A stretch of 31,172 nt of DNA from Myxococcota bacterium (GTDB lineage Bacteria > Myxococcota_A > UBA796 > CAJQPC01), in contig DASCPX010000171.1 in the NCBI GenBank assembly GCA_036012755.1, forward strand, positions 1 through 31,172, given 5' to 3'. Positions 27,701-31,172 of the stretch are shown here, one piece after another. Below the pieces are notes generated by a model. The model ran no database searches and had not been told where the DNA came from. It worked only from the letters and a program-made list of their open reading frames with translations. The translations under genes and the position numbers were made by a program. The stretch's first letter is position 1. Every line of letters begins with the position of its first letter.

Positions 27701-29459
27701 TCCGAGACAAGGCCGTGCGCAGGTCGTGACGGTCGGCGACCTCGTCGAGGAGGTCCAGGAGCGTGTCGTGGCGACGCAGCGGCCTGGCCGCCCTGTTGAT
27801 CTTCTTCTCGATCTCGGGCGTGACGTTGTTCTTGATGCCGGGGGCGTGGACCTCGATGATGTAGTGACGCCAGTCGATGGTCTCGGGGTTCCAGGGGACC
27901 AGGGCCTGCTCGTCCGCTGGCAGCCGGGCCAGCGCCTGCCGCGCGTGAAGGCAGGAGAAGCGGTAGTTGTGCGTCGCCATGAAGGGGATGAACTGGTCGA
28001 TGATCATCCCGCTGATGCGCAGGTTCTTGGCGAGTCCCGCCAGCTGCTTCCCGGTGGGCTTGGTGATCGCAGCGAGGGGCCCGCCGACGCCGCCGATCTG
28101 CTTGCCGGCGTCCGCGAGCAGCCGCGAGAGCACCTTGGGACCGCGCCGCTCGTAGGCCTCGACCGTGGTCGGGGTCGCCTCCAGGCGGGACTGGATGAAG
28201 TCGATGATCGGGCCGTCCTCGCCCTCGTCGAGCCGGCTCCGCCGCTTCCAGAGCCCGACCAGCTCGATCAGCCGCGGCATATTCAGCGGAGAGGTGTCGG
28301 ATGAGCCCAGCTGGTACACGACCTCGTGGGTGCCCTCGAGGAGCTCGGCGAGGGCCAGGATCATCCCAGCGGCGACCATGTCCACCGGGATGATGTCGAG
28401 CACGCTGTCGTGGTTCGTCGGGTACTGGACCGGGGCCTTCATCGCCAGGTAGATCAGCGGCGCCGAGGTGTTGATGCCCTCGCACCAGCCGGCCCGAGGG
28501 TAGGCGACGGCGGACTCGATGACCGCCGGACGCACGATGGCGAAGGTCAGGCCGCTGCGGCACAGGGTCTGCTCGCCGATGGACTTCGTGTAGGTGTAGG
28601 TGTTGTGCCAGCCCCAGAACCTGGCCCGCTCGGTGCCGTCCGTCCGCAGCCGATCCTCGACGAAGGACCGCTTGACCTTCTCGAGCTCGTCCTTGAGCGC
28701 GCTCCCGCGAGCAGGCTCGCCCTTGGCCCGGAGGTTCTCCTTGGCCTGGGCGAGGAAGTCGGACTGCCTGAAGGCGTCCTCGCTGCGGTGCCTGACGTGC
28801 TCGACCATGTCGAGGCACTCGGCGATCTCCCGCTCTGGATCCCAGTGGGCGACCTCGAGCTCACCGACCTTGGGGAAGGGCCAGTCGAAGGGGTGGACCT
28901 CGTCCACCTGGCCCGTGCGATCCCCGGCGACGTAGCAGGTCGAGGTGTGCAGCATGCGGCACTCCCTGCCGCCCTCGACGGACAGGTCGCGCACCAGCGC
29001 GATGAGGTTCTGCATGCCAAAGGCGTTGGCGTTGAGCGCGTAGTCCAGGGGCGGCTGGAAGTCCACGACACCCGCGCTGTTGAGCAGGGCGTCGACGTGA
29101 CCGCGCAGCTCGTCGCGGACGGGCTCCGGGACCCCCGCCAACTCCTCGCTGACGTCCCCCGGGATCGGCGTGATCTTGGACTTGATGAAGGCCTCGAAGC
29201 TGGCGCCGCCGTGGTCCTCGCGGATCGGGTCGAAGACGGGAGAGCTCGCGATCTCGCTCCAGAAGCGGGTCTCGGAGTCGAGGCGGAGGCTGCCGTCGCG
29301 GTTGAACCGCTGACGCACCACGAGGTAGATGTGCTCCACCTCGGGGAAACGGGACAGCAGCATCGACAACCACACCTTGCCGAGGAAGCCGGTGCCGCCC
29401 ACCACGAGCAGGCGCTTGCCCGCCAGCTGCTCGCGAATCGAGAGCGGGCCCTTGCTCAC
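24795..29459 (-). CDS. elbD: Multidomain ether-lipid synthase, ElbD-like: fatty acyl reductase + acyl-CoA synthetase + ACP + PlsC acyltransferase + SCP2-like domain (1554 aa)
   Basis: FAR: GGTGFLGK, STCYVAG, NTYTYTK. ACS: FTSGTTGLPKG, EGYGLTE, LHTGDLG. ACP: LGFDSL. AT: NHSSHLD, FPEGTR. C-terminal ...ADCVVKTS...FFSGAIKT. GTG start at 29459 overlaps the upstream stop. Confidence 0.9.
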   Translation of the reverse strand: MSKGPLSIREQLAGKRLLVVGGTGFLGKVWLSMLLSRFPEVEHIYLVVRQRFNRDGSLRLDSETRFWSEIASSPVFDPIREDHGGASFEAFIKSKITPIPGDVSEELAGVPEPVRDELRGHVDALLNSAGVVDFQPPLDYALNANAFGMQNLIALVRDLSVEGGRECRMLHTSTCYVAGDRTGQVDEVHPFDWPFPKVGELEVAHWDPEREIAECLDMVEHVRHRSEDAFRQSDFLAQAKENLRAKGEPARGSALKDELEKVKRSFVEDRLRTDGTERARFWGWHNTYTYTKSIGEQTLCRSGLTFAIVRPAVIESAVAYPRAGWCEGINTSAPLIYLAMKAPVQYPTNHDSVLDIIPVDMVAAGMILALAELLEGTHEVVYQLGSSDTSPLNMPRLIELVGLWKRRSRLDEGEDGPIIDFIQSRLEATPTTVEAYERRGPKVLSRLLADAGKQIGGVGGPLAAITKPTGKQLAGLAKNLRISGMIIDQFIPFMATHNYRFSCLHARQALARLPADEQALVPWNPETIDWRHYIIEVHAPGIKNNVTPEIEKKINRAARPLRRHDTLLDLLDEVADRHDLRTALSRTHEDGFTRISFSDMRTLAHAAAARLLEAGLARGDRVLISGENHPDWPIAYFGILRAGGVAVPVDPGMAAEQVANIIDTAEVRLNIVDATARAEFGDALKGGVLDLHAIAEPGPTEGLPEQDCKTDDIASVLFTSGTTGLPKGVMLTHDNFCSLLASLGRIFPLRESDRVLSVLPLHHTFEFTCGLLLPLSRGARVIYLDEINGERLTYGLKEGKVTGMVGVPALWQLLERRIRGQVKERGALFESIFDGGLALNRWLGKTTGLDVGRVFFGQVHDRLGGNIRFLISGAAALPSDTQELFKGLGLHLAEGYGLTEAAPVLTVAKGRPGARTGHVGKPIPGVSIKIANPDKDGVGEVWAKGPNVMTGYYGNDEATRQALDSEGWLHTGDLGRIDHAGRLTIMGRAKEVVVTPSGENIYLDDVENVLGPNHDYVKEFALVGIEDPRGGERLGMMLVPDADEHRDLDRHTLHARAKESMDKAISRLPQYQRPAVVHVVDADLPRTASRKVKRSEVQKVLQRIASATPKRTGLSKGVATPVTEAIAAVAGTKAAQISPDTTLAELGFDSLMWVELASALEQLDGGHPDADELAHCETVRDVVNLAKAPKPQIVEEEDPRDTAVQIPEIVAEPLRQGLGFFQRELYGTGLNTKVYGRAFIPQNRQTIVVSNHSSHLDMGLVKYALGPYGHKLVALAAKDYFFEGNPWVVAYFEQLTNLRPIDRKRGFRASLEQASEVVREGHIVLIFPEGTRRADGTLGEFKPLIGRLALDTNVDILPMHLGGTYDAMPRGSAMPRSRDVSVRIGPPLEMRHLRRMIEGLKPADGARKVAAIAKQAVEDLRDGIVLDLAQLQPDDIEVVDDGLNPTIRAFESLEARFAPERVKKPVSWYFSLGGKEGLRFTVAVDDKAAKVSTGKPSGGKADCVVKTSEEMLRRIIEDAYVPEPPEFFSGAIKTNDIPLLIEFSRVFKLSEASL

Positions 29460-31054
29460 AGCTCGGCTCCGGTGACGTCCGCCATCACCATCGGCGCGAT
29501 GCGAAAGCAGGTGATGGAGGGCTCGGGTCCGTGGTCCTCGCGGGCCATGCGGAGGGCCTCCTCCATGGTCGGCGCCGTCTCGTAGCCGAGGATGCCCGGG
29601 ACGTACTCGTTGTCCGCTCCCACCACGATGACCCGTCCGTAGTGCTGCCGGCCGTTCTCGCCCCAGTACCACATGTAGAAGGGGTGGGCCGGGTGGTAGG
29701 CCTTGCCGCTCCGGTACATCTGGATGTAGCCGGGATGACGGGAGAACTCGGCCTCGTAGGTCTTGTGGAGCTCCATCGCGTCGCGAGTGCGCGGGAGCAG
29801 CTTGTGGAAGAACTCCACGTAGGCCGGGTGCTGGTCGCGGTCGAACTTGTCGGTGCAGGGGTGGAGCACGATGGCGGTGCCGCCCTTCTTCACGATCGGC
29901 GCGTTCCGGCTGAGGTTGAAGAGGTAGCCCTCCGCCATCACCGAGACGAGCAGCGGGTTCAGGTAGGCGCCGACGTTGTAGGGGCTGATGTAGGGGATCG
30001 GGAAGATGCCCACGTCGGCCTGGCCCTCGATGGGCACGAGCAGCTGCTCGTAGCACTTCTCCATGCAGGCTTCGTGCACGGCCTCGCACTCGCCGGCCCA
30101 GACACCGATGACGCCGTAGGGCGCCGGGACGCGCTCGAAGATGGCCTGGCGGGCTGGTTGGGGGATGATCTTCAGCGTGCGGACCAGGGCCTTGAGCGCC
30201 TGCTCCTCGGCGCGAGACAGCTCGTCCTCGTTCTTGGCGAGGAAGCCCAGCGGCGTGTCGAACATCCGGTTGTTGACGGTCGACTCGATGTGGAAGATCG
30301 AGATCTTCTGCTCGATGAGCTTGCCGACCTCGACCATCTTGTCCGACAGCGCCGAGACCTTCGGGTCCATGTAGGTCTTGCAGGCCCGAATCGTGTGGGG
30401 GTTGTGGTGCTTCCGCAACGTCGAGTAGCCGACGAGCCCCGTCCCGAGGCTCTTGTGGCCCCCGTTCATCGGCACGAACGTGAGGTTGCAGTAGATGACG
30501 AGGTCGCTCTCCGCGGCCCGAGCGTTGATCTCGACGTCGATGCCCTGCTCTGTGGTGCCGAGGTAGGTCAGCCCACCCGGCTTCTCCGCGTCGTGGTTGT
30601 AGAGGCGGTCGGGCCAGTACTCACCGACGATCTCGTCACCGAGCATGTGGCGGACATCCGACTCGGTCATCGGACGATGGAAGGCGGTCGCGATGATGAG
30701 CTCGACGTCCGTGATGGCGTAGTCGCGCAGGAGCTCGAGCACGCACTCGACCTGCAGCTGCCGGATGTCCGGGCGCTTCATCGGCGGCAGCGGCATCGAC
30801 AGGTCGTCGATCGCGATGGTCACCTTCATGCCCGGGCGGAGCTTGGAGTAGAGCGGGTCGTCGCCGAGTGGGTGGGAGAGGGCGTAGCGGACCGCAGCCT
30901 TCACGTCGTTCAAGGGCGCGATGGGCTTCTTCGGGTAGATGACGCGCGTGCCGACAGGGAGGTTCACCTCCATCAGCTGGTCACCGAAGAAGAGTGTGCG
31001 CGGCTTGCTGCGGTGGTCGATGGTGACGACGCAGGGGTGGCTCGTGTTCGCCAT
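29456..31054 (-). CDS. elbC: LarA (lactate racemase, DUF2088)-domain protein, ElbC-like (532 aa)
   Basis: Motifs KVTIAIDD.S.P, IIATAFHR, NHDA, LGTT..G..VEIN, GGHKS, KKGG. Directly upstream of elbD with AAGGA SD. The symbol is assigned by synteny. Confidence 0.78.
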   Translation of the reverse strand: MANTSHPCVVTIDHRSKPRTLFFGDQLMEVNLPVGTRVIYPKKPIAPLNDVKAAVRYALSHPLGDDPLYSKLRPGMKVTIAIDDLSMPLPPMKRPDIRQLQVECVLELLRDYAITDVELIIATAFHRPMTESDVRHMLGDEIVGEYWPDRLYNHDAEKPGGLTYLGTTEQGIDVEINARAAESDLVIYCNLTFVPMNGGHKSLGTGLVGYSTLRKHHNPHTIRACKTYMDPKVSALSDKMVEVGKLIEQKISIFHIESTVNNRMFDTPLGFLAKNEDELSRAEEQALKALVRTLKIIPQPARQAIFERVPAPYGVIGVWAGECEAVHEACMEKCYEQLLVPIEGQADVGIFPIPYISPYNVGAYLNPLLVSVMAEGYLFNLSRNAPIVKKGGTAIVLHPCTDKFDRDQHPAYVEFFHKLLPRTRDAMELHKTYEAEFSRHPGYIQMYRSGKAYHPAHPFYMWYWGENGRQHYGRVIVVGADNEYVPGILGYETAPTMEEALRMAREDHGPEPSITCFRIAPMVMADVTGAEL

Positions 31055-31075
31055 GGGTCCTTGGTTCAGTGGCCG

Positions 31076-31171
31076 CTAGGCGCGGGTACGGTTTTCGCGA
31101 GAGGGACGGTCGATGTCGAGGCTGGGCCAGTCGTAGGCCAGCGCGAGCCGGCGCAGCCCCTTGTCCGGGTT
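31076..31171 (-). CDS. C-terminal end of a HAD-IB (SerB-like) phosphatase, ElbB-like (partial)
   Basis: Reads NPDKGLRRLALAYDWPSLDIDRPSRENRTRA*. NPD..LR..A...W is the typical HAD-IB C-terminus, and it sits at the expected position in an elb cluster. Confidence 0.7.
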   Translation of the reverse strand, partial: NPDKGLRRLALAYDWPSLDIDRPSRENRTRA

Positions 31172-31172
31172 G

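Noticed and set aside
25284..28304. 1006-aa plus-strand ORF and the many other long antisense ORFs (e.g. 243-1160, 2439-3638, 8360-9715, 11622-13298)
   Set aside because: These are shadow ORFs of GC-rich genes, with no motifs and lying opposite well-supported CDSs.
29460..30089. N-terminal extension of ElbD to 1764 aa
   Set aside because: It is an off-frame overlap with the elbC-like gene. The coupled GTG at 29459 fits the start of the FAR domain.

Overview
GC-rich bacterial chromosomal window, most likely from a Myxococcota-like organism (elb-like ether-lipid genes, a MYXO-CTERM-like tail, a PP2C-cNMP fusion). Left to right: the 3' end of a YD-repeat-like gene; a minus-strand TCA operon (gltA-icd-sucC-sucD); a divergent PP2C phosphatase; a ThrE exporter/Lrp regulator pair; a broken Ig-like lipoprotein gene and metK, bracketed by two copies of a CTAG-bounded, hairpin-rich MITE-like repeat; a small glycan cluster (GT-B, epimerase, WecG/TagA, GT4); a plus-strand operon (PQQ-type sugar dehydrogenase, a modular lipoprotein ending in a probable selenocysteine U-x-x-C redoxin split by UGA plus a 1-nt frameshift, yhbY, ABC-2 exporter); a tightly coupled minus-strand operon (HDAC-family deacetylase, an unannotated 33-aa peptide, an exported thioredoxin, a Cys-rich protein); a BPI/TULIP-like acidic secreted protein; an atypical sulfatase-fold lipoprotein; and an elbB-E-like ether-lipid operon whose ElbD has an extra C-terminal SCP2-like domain. 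The most unusual cross-cutting signal is five exported proteins with ultra-short (8-11 aa) signal peptides lacking a basic n-region, two of them on apparently leaderless transcripts. No rRNA, tRNA or CRISPR array was seen. All family assignments come from motif recognition by eye, with no database search.
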